Part shown: piece by piece, positions 36,259 through 48,458 of the stretch | Layout: every line of letters begins with the position of its first letter | How positions within the stretch are numbered: position 1 is the first letter of the stretch | DNA from: Mobula hypostoma | Lineage: Eukaryota | DNA length: 64,000 nucleotides | Direction of reading: 5' to 3' | Assembly: GCF_963921235.1 (NCBI RefSeq) | Contig: NC_086097.1 | Span: 233,618,001 to 233,682,000, forward strand | Translations under genes and position numbers: made by a program | The notes under the pieces: model-generated | Told to the model about the DNA's origin: nothing | The model's input: only the letters and a program-made list of their open reading frames with translations | Databases searched by the model: none

Positions 36259-36558
36259 TGCCCCACCTCCCCCTCGTACCCCATCTGTTACTTATTTTTA
36301 TACATACATTCTTTCTCTCACTCTCCTTTTTCTCCCTCTGTCCCTCTGAATATACCCCTTGCCCATCCTCTGGGTCCCCCCCGCCCCTTGTCTTTCTTCC
36401 CGGACCTCCTGTCCCATGATCCTCTCTTATCCCTTTTGCCTATCACCTGTCCAGCTCTTGGCTCCATCCCTCCCCCTCCTGTCTTCTCCTATCATTTTGG
36501 AACTCCCCCTCCCCCTCCCCCTCCAACTTTCAAATCTCTTACTAGCTCTTCCTTCAGT

Positions 36559-36596
36559 TAGTCCTGACGAAGGGTCTTGGCCTGAAACGTCGACTG
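36559..36596 (+). ncRNA. Minimal type I hammerhead ribozyme motif
   Basis: AGTC CTGACGA A GGGTC-TT-GGCCT GAAACGTC GACT: both core boxes, stem II, palindromic ACGT helix III, stem I AGTC/GACT. Confidence 0.75.
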
Positions 36597-37347
36597 CACC
36601 TCTTCCTAGAGATGCTGCCTGGCCTGCTGCGTTCACCAGCAACTTTGATGTGTGTGGCTCTTGACCATGTCTGTGTGCTTCTATGCATTAGGTTGCTGCT
36701 ACATGATTGGCTGAGTAGATATTTACATTAATGAGCAGGTGTACAGGTGTACCTAATAAAGTTGCCACTCAGTGCAAGTTAAAATGTAGCTTTCTGTATG
36801 TTACATTTTTTGTCATTAATAAGCACTTACATACATTGCAACCCATCGATTTTCTCTCATGTAACAAGAGATGATGCATCCCTTTTGCCACATCTCTGTG
36901 ATATTGCCTTGGGTATTGTAGTTAAGACAGGGATGTAATATATCTGGTTTTAGAGGGCAAGTGGATGTTAGGCTGTAAATAAGGAGGTACTGGGCTCAGC
37001 AGAAGGACCGATAAAGGACATAAACTGATGACTGATTCTGACTTCTGGCACACAGGAGACCAAACAAATAAGGAAGAGCACATCTTACATAATCTGATCA
37101 TACATGGTGACTGCCTGTAGTTAATGTTTTGTCAGTGACTGCAAACCCATAAATATGATATAATTGTATTGTCTGAAGCTAAGAAGTTTTTCTAAATACT
37201 CTGTTCTAATGAAGGGCTCAGAACTTTAAGTCAAATCCGCATTCAGTATCTTGATTAATTCATGGTCCGTCATCGTGATCATCCAGGTACAAGGAGTGTA
37301 TCTTACCTCAATACCATTTGTATTTTTAAACAAACATGGTTGTATTT

Positions 37348-37610
37348 CAGCAGATGCTAGAAATCCAAAGCATAACACACAAAACGCTGAAGGGACTCAG
37401 CAGGCCAGACAGTGTCTATGGAAAAGAATAAACAGTCAATGTTTCAGGCCGAAACCATTCTTCAAGACTGAGAAGGAAGGGGGAAGAAGCCAGCACAAAA
37501 AAGGGTGGAAGGAGGGGGAAGAGTCTGGCTGGAAGGTGATAGGTGAAACCAGGTGGATGGGAAAGGTCAAGGGCTGGAGAAGAAAGAATCTGATAGCAGA
37601 GGAGAGTGGA
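37348..37610 (-). mobile_element. Penelope-like terminal fragment
   Basis: Matches 30450-30680 and the reverse complement of the Penelope terminus. Confidence 0.75.
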
Positions 37611-38409
37611 GTTTATTTCTATTTACTTGGAAATAATCTCATGAATGGCACGGCCTTTCTCAGACAATTTCCTTTTTCGGAAACATTGGTGTAAGTCTGT
37701 GCTTATATGTTTTCAATTGCTGTAAAAGCTTCTCCCACAATTCTGCTCCCAGAACTAGATACAGCAATTTAACCATACTTATGCTGGTATTTTGTTGAAC
37801 ACAAATTACTTGTGTATCCCATAGCAAATTAATAAAATTCAGAATCTTACTGGTCATTACTTTATAAACACGGGAGATTCTGTGGATGCTAGAGATGTAG
37901 AGTAGCACATTCAGGTTTTATACTTACTTTAAATATATTTTGTTTTCTTTTTTGTAACTTACTTAATGTTATAGCCTTTAAGTTTTATCTAATTTTTCTT
38001 ACATTTTCAGGTATTGAAATTATGGTTCTTTCTCAGCAATTATTTCTGTGGGTTTTTCCATTGAATAACTTGCAATGTTTTATTATCTGTTTGAATCTTG
38101 AAAGGCTAATGAAAATTCATGATTTTATTTTTGATTAAACTGGTAAATTCAATCAATTCATTGTTTTATTCTTGGAAGTTAGCATAAATATTCAATGTCA
38201 AAAGAAGCAATTTAATTGATTAAAAAGACAGTAATGACTTAGGTTTGTTCAAAGCTTCCACTTACTGTATATAGATCTTAGAATATTTGTGCATTCATTA
38301 TTATAATGGCTTTAAGGTATGGTTATATTTAAAGCATTGGCTATATACATATGCATTATTAATTATGTACTTAATCAAAACATTGATATGCAGTAGCTGC
38401 AGATCATCA

Positions 38410-39060
38410 ATAACTGTCTTTGACTCAATGTATGACAAATCCTTGACTTTTACTTTAAAAATGCTACTTGAGGCTCTGCCAGACTGGATTCTTTTTTCTA
38501 CAAAACTACACAAATTTATCCACACAAAATGCACAAAATATAAACATCAAGTACTTACAAGACAGTGAACAAATTCAAATTAAAATATGATTACTAATGT
38601 CTATAAAACGATCAATTCCCTCAGGGGGGACACCATTTCTGAAAATATCCCGCTGTACCCATGGTAACTGCATGCTCCCTCTCCAAGGACACCTGGGCAC
38701 GAACGCATCTCTGGAAGAGGGGCCGGCAGAGACCTTGACTGCCCGTCATCTTGGTCAGGCCCAGGAACAAACCAATCAGTAAATCCTCCGAGTGACCTAC
38801 GACCCCCCCCCCGCCCCGTACTGGGTGCTCACATATCAGGAGTATGAGACTAAAGTGTAACCAAAATCTGAGGAGCAGCCCCTTCACATATTCAAATAGG
38901 AGCAGCAACCTTCCACACTCCATATAAATGCGGTACACTGACTCCTCCCGGCCACAGAATTGGCAGGTGGACAGGGAGTCAATGAACTGACTTAAAAACC
39001 TATTGCACGACACAGCCCTATACAACACATTCAATCCCAGGTTCCCCAGTGTAGAGGGGA
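38410..39060 (-). mobile_element. L1/Tx1-clade LINE 3' fragment
   Basis: C-terminal knuckle-like CQFCGREESVYRIYMEC in ORF 38621-39151. Confidence 0.65.
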
Positions 39061-40338
39061 AAGGCCTCTGCATAAAGAGGTTTCCACTGGGGAGCTCCCC
39101 TAACCCAGATTGAATTCTGAAGCAGAATGCTCTACATGAATAGGCCTTCACTAGCAGCTACCAAAAAAAAAAATCTATCACAGAAAGTACAAATTTTCAC
39201 TTCAGGTTGGCTGTGAAGTCCTACTGTAATTGAATGAACTGCTGACATCATTATTTTATCCAATAAAACAAGTGTTTACTCCAACATCTTCCCAACCACT
39301 GAGGTCACGCCATCTGGAATGGGTGTAGCTGTGTGCTACAGAGGATTGGCACTTTGCTGATCACCACCTAAATATCACAATAATCCAGCTCATTGGATGT
39401 TATCAGAATGAATTTCTGCCAGGCATTTCAACAGGTCAACTTTATGAAGTTCCACCTTGCATCTTCAGATGCATGGGTGGACAACCTTGCCCGTTCTTTA
39501 GCATTTGTCTGTTTTACGAGGTGGAGTTGCTAGCTCGGCGCTCAACCCAGCATGGGTGGAACTCCAGCAAGAAGATGCCGGATTTGAACCCCGACCTCTT
39601 GCTCCAAAATCCGGTGAGGATACCACGACTTTATGAAATTATAAGGAAAAACATGGATCGATTGGAACTGGAGTATTTTACACCCGGGTCAGAATACAGA
39701 ATAGGACTGACAGGATGAGATAGGAAATTTTAAAATCCCATTTTCACCATCTTTATTAACACTTTGGATAGAGGAATGAAGTGTATGTGTTCTACATTCT
39801 GTGCTCCTCCTTTTGCTTGTTTTTGCATTACTCCTCAGCAATTAAAGACATAGTCAGCTTTCATGTGTTCAGTGTTCACTGCTCCATCTCTTTATCAGCC
39901 TTTTCAGCAGCTTTGTTCATAAAGTATGCTTTGCCTGATAAAGGCTTTTTTCCATCTCGCGTTCTTAAGACCAAAGAATGGAGGAAGAAGGCAGCATGTA
40001 TAACAAATTCCAATATATTACTCTTTATATTTGACTTGTATCAAAGTTGAAAAATATGTTTTTGACCTCAGTACACACAATTAACCTTAGACACTGGGCA
40101 CTGACTGTATCCCGACCTTATTTTGGGTCAAATATTCACATATATATATAATTAAGTGCCCTCTCCAACCTGGATGTGCCCTCTTCTCATTGCTACCATC
40201 AGAGAGGAGGTACAGGAGCCTGAAGTCACACTCAACATTTTAGGAACAGCTCCTACTCCCCCTGCCATCAGATTTCTGAATAGTCCATGAACCCATGTGC
40301 ACCTCCTCAGTTTTTGCAATATTTATTTTTTAAATATA

Positions 40339-43032
40339 GGTTTCGTATTCTAATATAGGGCTGGCTGGTGGTGTAGTGGCATCAGTACTGGAGTTCAAAG
40401 CAGATGGTTCTAAGTTCAAACCCAGCCAGGTCCCAACCTGGGCAGCAGCAGTATCTGGGTGAAAAAAAAGTCATGGCAATCTACTTCTGTATCTTGCCAT
40501 GAAAACCTTATGGACCTTTTGGAAAGGTGCAAAAATAACAGGGTTGTTTTCATGGGTGACTTTAACTTCCCTAGTATTGATTGGCACCTGATTAGTTCCA
40601 AGGGTTTAGATGGGTCAGAGTTTGTTAAGTGTGTCCAGGACGGATTCCTATCACAGTATGTGGACAGGCCGACCAGGGGGAATGCCATACTAGATCTAGT
40701 ACTAGGTAATGAAGTGGGTCAGGTCACAGATCTCTCAGTGGGTGAGCATCTGAGGGACAGTGACCACCGCTCCCTGGCCTTTAGCATTATCATGGAAAAG
40801 GATAGAATCAAAGAGGACAGGAAAATTTTTAATAGGGGAAAGGCAAATTATGAGGCTATAAGGCTAGAACTTGCGGGTGTGAATTGGGATGATGTTTTTG
40901 CAGGGAAATGTACTATGGACATGTGGTCGATGTTTAGAGATCTCTTGCGGGATGTAAGGGATAAATTTGTCCCGGTGAGGAAGATAAAGAATGGTAGGGT
41001 GAAGGAACCATGGGTGACAAGTGAGGTGGAAATTCTAGTCAGGCAGCATACATGAGGTTTAGGAAGCAAGGATCAGATGGATCTATTGAGGAATATAGGA
41101 AAGCAAGAAAGGAGCTTAAGAAGGGGCTGAGAAGAGCAAGAAGGGGGCATGAGAAGGCCTTGGCGAGTAGGGTAAAGGAAAACCCCAAGGCATTCTTCAA
41201 TTATGTGTAGAAAAATAGGATGACAGGAGTGAAGGTAGGACCGATTAGAGATAAAGGTGGGAAGATGTGCCTGGAGGCTGTGGAAGTGATGGAGGTCCTC
41301 AATGAATAGTTTTCTTCGGTGTTCACCAATGAGAGGGAACTTGATGATGGTGAGGACAATATGAGTGAGGTTGATATTAAGGGAGAGGAGGTGTTGGAGT
41401 TGTTAAAATACATTAGGACAGATAAGTCCCCGGGGCCTGACGGAATATTCCCCAGGCTGCTCCACGAGGCGAGAGAAGAGATTGCTGAGCCTCTGGCTAG
41501 GATCTTTATGTCCTCGATGTCCACGGGAATGATACCAGAGGATTGGAGAGAGGCGAATGTTGTTCCCTTGTTCAAAAAAGGTAGTAGGGATAGTCCGGGT
41601 AATTATAGACCAGTGAGCCTTACGTCTGTGGTGGGAAAGCTGTTGGAAAAGATTCTTAGAGATAGGATCTATAGGCATTTAGAGAATCATGGTCTGATCA
41701 GGGACAGTCAGCATGGCTTTGTGAAGGGCAGATCGTGTCTAACAAGCCTGATAGAGTTCTTTGAGGAGGTGACCAGGCATATAGATGAGGGTAGTGCAGT
41801 GGATGTGATCTATATGGATTTTAGTAAGGCATTTGACAAGGTTCCACACGGTAGGCTTATTCAGAAAGTTAGAAGGCATGGGATCCAGGGAAGTTTGGCC
41901 AGGTGGATTCAAAATTGGCTTGCCTGTAGAAGGCAGAGGGTGGTGGTGGAGGGAGTACATTCAGATTGGACGATTGTGACTCGTGGTGTCTCACAAGGAT
42001 CTGTTGTGGGACCTCTACTTCTCGTGATTTTTATTAATGACCTGGATGTCGGGGTAGAAGGGTGGGTTGGCAAGTTTGCAGACGACACAAAGGTTGGTGG
42101 TGTTGTAAATAGTGTAGAGGATTGTCGAAGATTGCAGAGAGACATTGATAGGTTGCAGAAGTGGGCTGAGAAGTGGCAGATGGAGTTCAACCCGGAGAAG
42201 TGTGAAGTGGTACACTTTGGAAGGACAAACTCCAAGGCAGAGTACAAAGTAAATGGCAGGATACTTGGTAGTGTGGAGGAGCAGAGGGATCTTGGGGTAC
42301 ATGTCCACAGATCCCTGGAAGTTGCCTCACAGCTGGATAGGGTAGTTAAGAAAGCTTATGGGGTGTTAGCTTTCATAAGTCGAGGGATAGAGTTTAAGAG
42401 TCGCGATGTAATGATGCAGCTCTATAAAACTCTGGTTAGGCCACACTTGGAGTACTGTGTCCAGTTCTGGTCACCTCACTATAGGAAGGATGTGGAAGCG
42501 TTGGAAAGTGTACAGAGGAGATTTACCAGGATGCTGCCTGGTTTAGAAGGTATGCATTATGATCAGAGATTAAGGGAGCTAGGGCTTTACTCCTTGGAGA
42601 GAAGGAGGATGAGAGGAGACATGATAGAGGTGTACAAGATAATAAGAGGAATAGATAGAATGGATAGCCAGCGCCTCTTCCCCAGGGCACCACTGCTCAA
42701 TACAAGAGGACATGGCTTTAAGGTAAGGGGTGGGAAGTTCAAGGGGGATATTAGAGGAAGGTTGTTTACTCAGAGAGTGGTTGGTGCGTGGAATGCACTG
42801 CCTGAGTCAGTGGTGGAGGCAGATACACTAGTGAAGTTTAAGAGACTACTAGACAGGTATATGGAGGAATCTAAGATGGGGGCTTATATGGGAGGCAAGG
42901 TTTGAGGGTCAGCGCAACATTGTGGGCCGAAGGGCTTGTACTGTGCTGTACTATTCTATGTTCTATGTTCTATGACCCTATAGTCCATGAGGTCACGAAG
43001 AGTCGGACTCGACTTAACGACTCAACAACAGC
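40339..43032 (+). mobile_element. tRNA-headed SINE with RTE/BovB-like tail, split by a CR1
   Basis: Head 40339-40516 (TGGTGTAGTGG, GTTCAAACC); tail 42974-43032 GTCCATGAGGTCACGAAGAGTCGGACTCGACTTAACGACTCAACAAC. Confidence 0.7.
40517..42973 (+). mobile_element. 5'-truncated CR1 (family B); ORF2 disrupted
   Basis: GDFN..SDH endonuclease end; RT in 41319-42905 (KFADD); stops near 41053, 41208 and 41308; (TTCTATG)n tail; GACC repeated at the junctions. Confidence 0.94.
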
Positions 43033-43563
43033 ACATTATAATTTCTTGTAATTTTCTATGCACTTCACTGTAGTGCTGACATAGAACAGCATAATTCACA
43101 ATGAACGTTAGTGATAATAAATCTGATTCTGATTCTGTACCGCGCTGTTTTGAACTTGAGCCAAGTTTTTAATACACATAAAAGTTGCTGGTGTACGCAG
43201 CAGGCCAGGCAGCACCTCTGAAAGAAGAGTTAGTAAGAGATTTGAAAGTGGGAGGGGGAGGGGAGATCCAAAATGATAGGAGAAGACAGGAGGGGGAGGG
43301 ATGGAGCCAAGAGCTGGACAGGTGATTGGTAAAAGGGATATGAGAGGATCATGGGACAGGAGGCCTCGGGAGAAAGAAAAGGAGGAGGGGGGATAAGCCC
43401 AGAGGATGGGCAAGGGGTATAGTGAGAGGGACAGAGGGAGAAAAGGAAGAGAGAGAAAAAGAATGTGTGTATATAAATAAATAACGGATGGGGTACGAGG
43501 GGGAGGTGGGGCATAAGCGGAAGTTTGAGAAGTCAATGTTTACCCCATCCGTTATTTATTTAT

Positions 43564-43785
43564 AGAATAGTACAGCACAGTACAGGCCCTTCGGCCCACA
43601 ATGTTGTGCCGACCCTCAAACCCTGCCTCCCATATAAGCCCCCACCTTAAATTCCTCCATATACCTGTCTAGTAGTCTCTTAAACTTCACTAGTGTATCT
43701 GCCTCCACCACTGACTCAGGCAGTGCATTCCACACACCAACCACTTGCTGAGTAAAAAACCTTCCTCTAATATCCCCCTTGAACT
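43564..43785 (-). mobile_element. CR1 family B 3' fragment nested in the Penelope arm
   Basis: Reverse complement of about 54220-54445. Confidence 0.9.
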
Positions 43786-44043
43786 ATATCCACACATTCT
43801 TTTTCTCTCTCTCCTTTTTCTCCCTCTGTCCCTCTCACTATACTCCTTGCCCATCCTCTGGTTTTCCCCCCCTCCCGCTTTTCTTTCTCCCTAGGCCTCC
43901 TGTCCCATGATCCTCTCATATCCCTTTTGCCAATCACCTGTCCAGCTCTTGGCTCCATCCCTCCCCCTCCTGTCTTCTCCTATCATTTTGGATCTCCCCT
44001 CCCCCTCCCACTTTCAAATCTCTTACTAGCTCTTCCTTCAGTT

Positions 44044-44080
44044 AGTCCTGACGAAGGGTCTCGGCCCAAAACGTCAACTG
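44044..44080 (+). ncRNA. Degenerate hammerhead motif
   Basis: AGTC CTGACGA A GGGTC-TC-GGCCC AAAACGTC AACT; two G-to-A changes at CpG sites. Confidence 0.55.
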
Positions 44081-44774
44081 TACCTCTTCCTATAGATGCT
44101 GCCTGGCCTGCTGCGTTCACCGGCAACTTTTATGTGTGTTACTTGAAATTCCAGCATCTGCAGATTTTCTCGTGTCCAAGTTTTTAATGACACTTTCAGA
44201 CTTCCTCAAAAAGACAGTCTACTCCCACATTAATAGCATTACCTACTACAGACCTTAATTCAATTTATCTGCAGCTGAAATTTTTACCCAAAGCTATGTT
44301 ATCTCAGTACTTAAATACTCTCCTGTTTTCCCTCTCTTTTACTGTTTTCTATGCACATCCAAAATGCCTTCTAAGCAGAATCAGAATCAGGTACATTATT
44401 GCTGACATATGTCGTGAAATTTGTTGTTTGCGGCACTAGAACAGAGTAACACATAAAATATACTCTAAATCACAATAAGAAATGCATGTACTGTCAAAAT
44501 GAATAAGTAATGCAAAAAGAGAGAAAAAATAGCGAGATAAGTTCACGGTCCATTCATAAATCTAATGCTGGAGGGGAAGAAGCTGTTCCTAAAACTTTGA
44601 GTGTGTGTCTTCAGGCTCCTGTACCTTCCCCCTGATGGTAGTAATGAGAAGAGGGCATGACTTGGGTGGTGGAGAGCCTTAATAATGGACACCGCCTTCT
44701 AACCTCTCCCATTCTGTTTAATCATAATTGATTTTCATAAATATTATATAATATTGGCTGCTTAAGGTTGTCAC

Positions 44775-45320
44775 AGCCGCGCATGGTAGTACAGATAAGC
44801 TCCCCTACCTATTAAATGCTACCAGTGGTGTGCGCCTCAAATAGCCTCTGACAAACAAGGCCAGCTCCTGACCTTCATGCGTGGCTTAGCTACTAAGCCT
44901 GGTGGAATTGACAGGAGAAGAGGCATAGGCTGGTTACTGGTGCCTTAAAACTGATTGCTTCAGGCAAGTAGAACTTGTCAGCCACGGTTAGCTGGTCATC
45001 TAGGAGGAGGAAAACTGCGAATCCAGGCCTCCATTGAGTTGCGGCTATACCCACTCATGGGAAAGGCTTCGGGAGTAAAATCTGAGGGAAAAATCCGGGG
45101 CCCGTCTCCCTAAGGTAGACCAATGTTGAGTTCAACACTGACTGACAGCTCCTACGATGACACTGGTGCCAAACTGCATTGTTCTCTGCCATTCCTTTGG
45201 ATTCATTGGCTGCATGGGCATCAGCTTGCTCTCCATATTGTCCTGCCCAGGCTTGCATATCACGTGGACAGCTAGAACGTAATATCCATAGTTGACCCCC
45301 TCCCAAGGCAGGCCTCATGT
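44775..45320 (+). mobile_element. Non-coding repeat resembling an RTE-clade 5' region
   Basis: Recalled similarity of cgcctcaaatagcctctgac..gtggcttagctactaagcc; not verified. Confidence 0.35.
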
Positions 45321-45897
45321 GTATAACTTTGATGGTCATTTTCTCAGCAATGGTCAGGTATAACTGACTTATACAATTATTTGTCCAGGATAAGTTGTCT
45401 CTTTTTCATTGTGGGCAAATAAGCCATTGTTGCAACTCTTTTGGAGCAAGTTGTTTTAAAAAAAAACATTGGTCCAGATTTTGCAAGAAGAAGAACGCTA
45501 ATTCATTGTGATTGAAGAAAAAGTCAGTTAGAAACATGCAGTGGTTCAGATGAGCAGATTTGTACAGAAATGTTGACACTGCTGTCTGAGTTTAACTTTT
45601 CTTCCTGAAAACCTGACTGGTTCTTTAGCTGAGGAATACTTGTGATGCATCATGCTGCATTGTTATACTTCTCCGAGCATTGTCAGCTTGCCGTAGTGGA
45701 GAGGCTTTGGAGTTCCTGAGATCCTGACTGGTTAGCCATCTGGTGCCTAGCTCTTGGTAGGATCACCCATGGTGGTAAGGGAGGTTCCGTACAAACAGCG
45801 ATCTAACCAAGACTTCAAGCATGAAGCTGGTGGAAGATGATGGCACTGAAGATGGAGAAAGGCTGCAGTTGTGAAGGGTCCCCTGTCATCTTGCATT

Positions 45898-46523
45898 CTA
45901 TTGAATATAAGAGCAAAGTGGTCCTTCTGCAGCTGTACAGGGCCCTGGTGAGACCACACCTGGAGTATTGTGTGCAGTTTTGGTCTCCAAACTTGAGAAA
46001 GGACATTCTGGCTATCGAGGGAGTGCAGTGTAGTTCACAAGGTTAATTCCCGGGATGGTGGGACTGTCATATGTCGAAAGATTGGAACGACTGGGCTTGT
46101 ATACTCTGGAATTTAGAAGGCTGAGAGGGGATCTTATTGAAACATATAAGATTATTAAGGGATTGGACATGTTGGAGGCAGGAAGCATGTTCCCATTGAT
46201 GGGTGAGTCCAGAACCAGAGGCCACAGTTTAAGAATAAGGGGTAGGCCATTTAGAACGGAATTGAGGAAAAACTTTTTCACCCAGAGAGTGGTGGATCTG
46301 TGGAATGCTCTGCCCCAGAAGGCAGTGGAGGCCAAGTCTCTGGATGCTTTCAAGAAAGAGATGGATAGAGCTCTTAAAGATAGCGGAATCAAAGGTTATA
46401 GGGATAAGGCAGGAACTGGATACTGATCGTGGATGATCAGCCATGATCACAGTGAATGGTGGTGCTGGCTCGAAGGGCCGAATGGCCTACTCCTGCACCT
46501 ATTGTCTATTGTCTGTTGTCTAT
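45898..46523 (+). mobile_element. CR1 3' fragment
   Basis: LYRALVRPHLEYCVQFWSP, ORF 46055-46426, (CTATTGT)n tail. Confidence 0.9.
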
Positions 46524-47189
46524 TCCACTGGACTCTGACCCAATCTGCCAATGACGATGGTATGTCTACCTGTACATCAGCCACCCGCATTTAAGTAGGT
46601 CACACACTGGCATTCTCTATTAAGGGAGTCCACCTGGATTAAGTCCCAAGGCAATCAGCGACTGACAGAGGGGGCAGGATTGTGAGATCTGGCCCACACT
46701 GCATCAGAATATGTGGATCCTGGATCAATCTCTACAGCCGCCTGAAATAGCAATACTCAACCCCTTAGGAAGACATCTTACTTGACTCGAGCAATCACAG
46801 TACTTCTGCTTTCGAAAACCACAAAAAAATGCCCCATTTTGTTTGAGAGCAAATTGAATTTGAATCACAGGATATCCTACTCACAGCCATTGTTTCCATG
46901 TACAGAGATACATTTCTTTCAATATTAGTTATAATTAAAGATCATTAAAATTCTTGCCTCTTCCTTCTGTCTATTATTCTGCTTACTTTATCTGAATCAG
47001 CATCGGATTAAATATTTAATCATACTTCAGGATTCTGTATGTCTCCATAAGGACTGTCTCAGTCCATGTCCTTCCAAAGTACACCCATTACGTTTCCTAT
47101 TTGCATTTGTTCCAAATCTCCTGAACATGAAGCAATCAGAAAAAATGGTTTTCATTTAGTACATGTTCAAACATATAAGTCTACAATCT

Positions 47190-47440
47190 GAAGGCTTTTT
47201 AGGCAGAGAGTGCTGAATCTGTAGAATTCATTGCCACAGATGACTGTGGAGGTCAAGTCATTAGGTATATTTATAGTGGAGGTTGATATGTTCTTGATTA
47301 TTAAAGGCATCAAAGGTTATGGGGAGAAGGCAGGAAAATGGGGTTGAGAGGAATGTCAAATCAGCCATGATGAAATGGCAGGGCAGACTCGATGGGCCAA
47401 ATGGCCTGCTACCCTGCTACTATTCTATATCTTAAGAGCT
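47190..47440 (+). mobile_element. CR1 3' fragment
   Basis: agagagtg.tgaatctgt..gggccaaatggcct. Confidence 0.75.
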
Positions 47441-47514
47441 TGTAGTCTTCAAAATATAATGTTGATGCAATGAACGACTTGCTAGTGATTGCTAAGAGCA
47501 AATTCCAGGTCGTA

Positions 47515-48458
47515 ATGAACTGGATGAGGAAGTGGAGGAATGGGTTAGTAAGTTTGCTGATAACACAAAGGTTGGAGGTGTTGTGGATAGTGTGCAGGGC
47601 TGTCAGATGTTACATCGGGACATTGATAGGATGCAAAACTGGCTGAGAAGTGGCACATGGAGTTCAATCCTGATAAGTGTGAAGTGGTTCATTTTGGTAG
47701 GTCAAATATGATAGCAGAATATAGTATTAATGGTAAGACTCTTGGCAGTGTGGAGGATCAGAAGGATCTTGGGGTCTGAGTCCAAAGGACACTCAAAGCA
47801 ACTGCACAGGTTGACTCTGTGGTTAAGAAGGCGTATGGTGAATTGACTTTCATCAACCATGGAGCTGAATTTAGGAGCCGAGAGGTAATGTTACAGCTAT
47901 ATAGGACCCTGGTCAGACCCCACTTGGAGTATTGTGCTCAGTTCTGGTCACCTCACTACAGGAAGGATGTGGAAGCCATAGAAAGGGTGCAGAGGAGATT
48001 TACAAGGATGTTGCCTGGAATGGGGAGCATGCCTCATGGGAATAGGTTGAGTGAACTCGGCCTTTTCTCCTTGGAGCGACGGAGGATGAGAGGTGACCTG
48101 ATAGAGGTGTGTAAGATGATGAGAGGCATTGATTGTGTGGATAGTCAGAGGCTTTTTCCCAGGGCTGAAATGGTTGCCACAAAAGGACACAGTTTTAAGG
48201 TACTGGGGAGTAGGTACAGAGGAGATATCAGGGGTAAGTTTTTCATTCAGAGAGTGGTGAGTGCGTGGAATGGGCTGCCGGCAATGGTGGTGGAGGCGGA
48301 TATGGTAGAGTTTTTTAAGAGACTTTTGGATAAGTACATGGAGCTTAGAAAAGTAGAGGGCTATAGGTAAGCCTAGTAATTTCTAAGGTAGGGACATGTT
48401 CGGCACAACGTTGTGGGCCGAAGGGCCTGTATTGTGCTGTAGGTTTTCTATGTTTCTA
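47515..48458 (+). mobile_element. CR1 3' fragment (family B related)
   Basis: KFAD.TKVGG region, ORF 47819-48370, TTTCTATG tail. Confidence 0.9.

Larger units (their letters stand above)
33814..36657 (+). mobile_element. Penelope-like retroelement, probably 5' truncated
   Basis: RT plus GIY-YIG ORF followed by pyrimidine-rich terminal repeat; CTCTT duplicated at 33809-33813 and 36658-36662. Confidence 0.93.
33397..36774. mobile_element. Tc1/mariner-type non-autonomous element interrupted by a Penelope element
   Basis: 28-bp inverted ends CAATCAGTGGCCACTTTATTAGGTACAC and GTGTACCTAATAAAGTTGCCACTCAGTG; TA on the left flank. Confidence 0.82.
43174..44175. mobile_element. Inverted Penelope-terminus insertion with 13-bp TSD
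   Basis: Minus arm 43174-43540, plus arm 43541-44175; CCAAGTTTTTAAT at 43161-43173 and 44176-44188. Confidence 0.88.
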
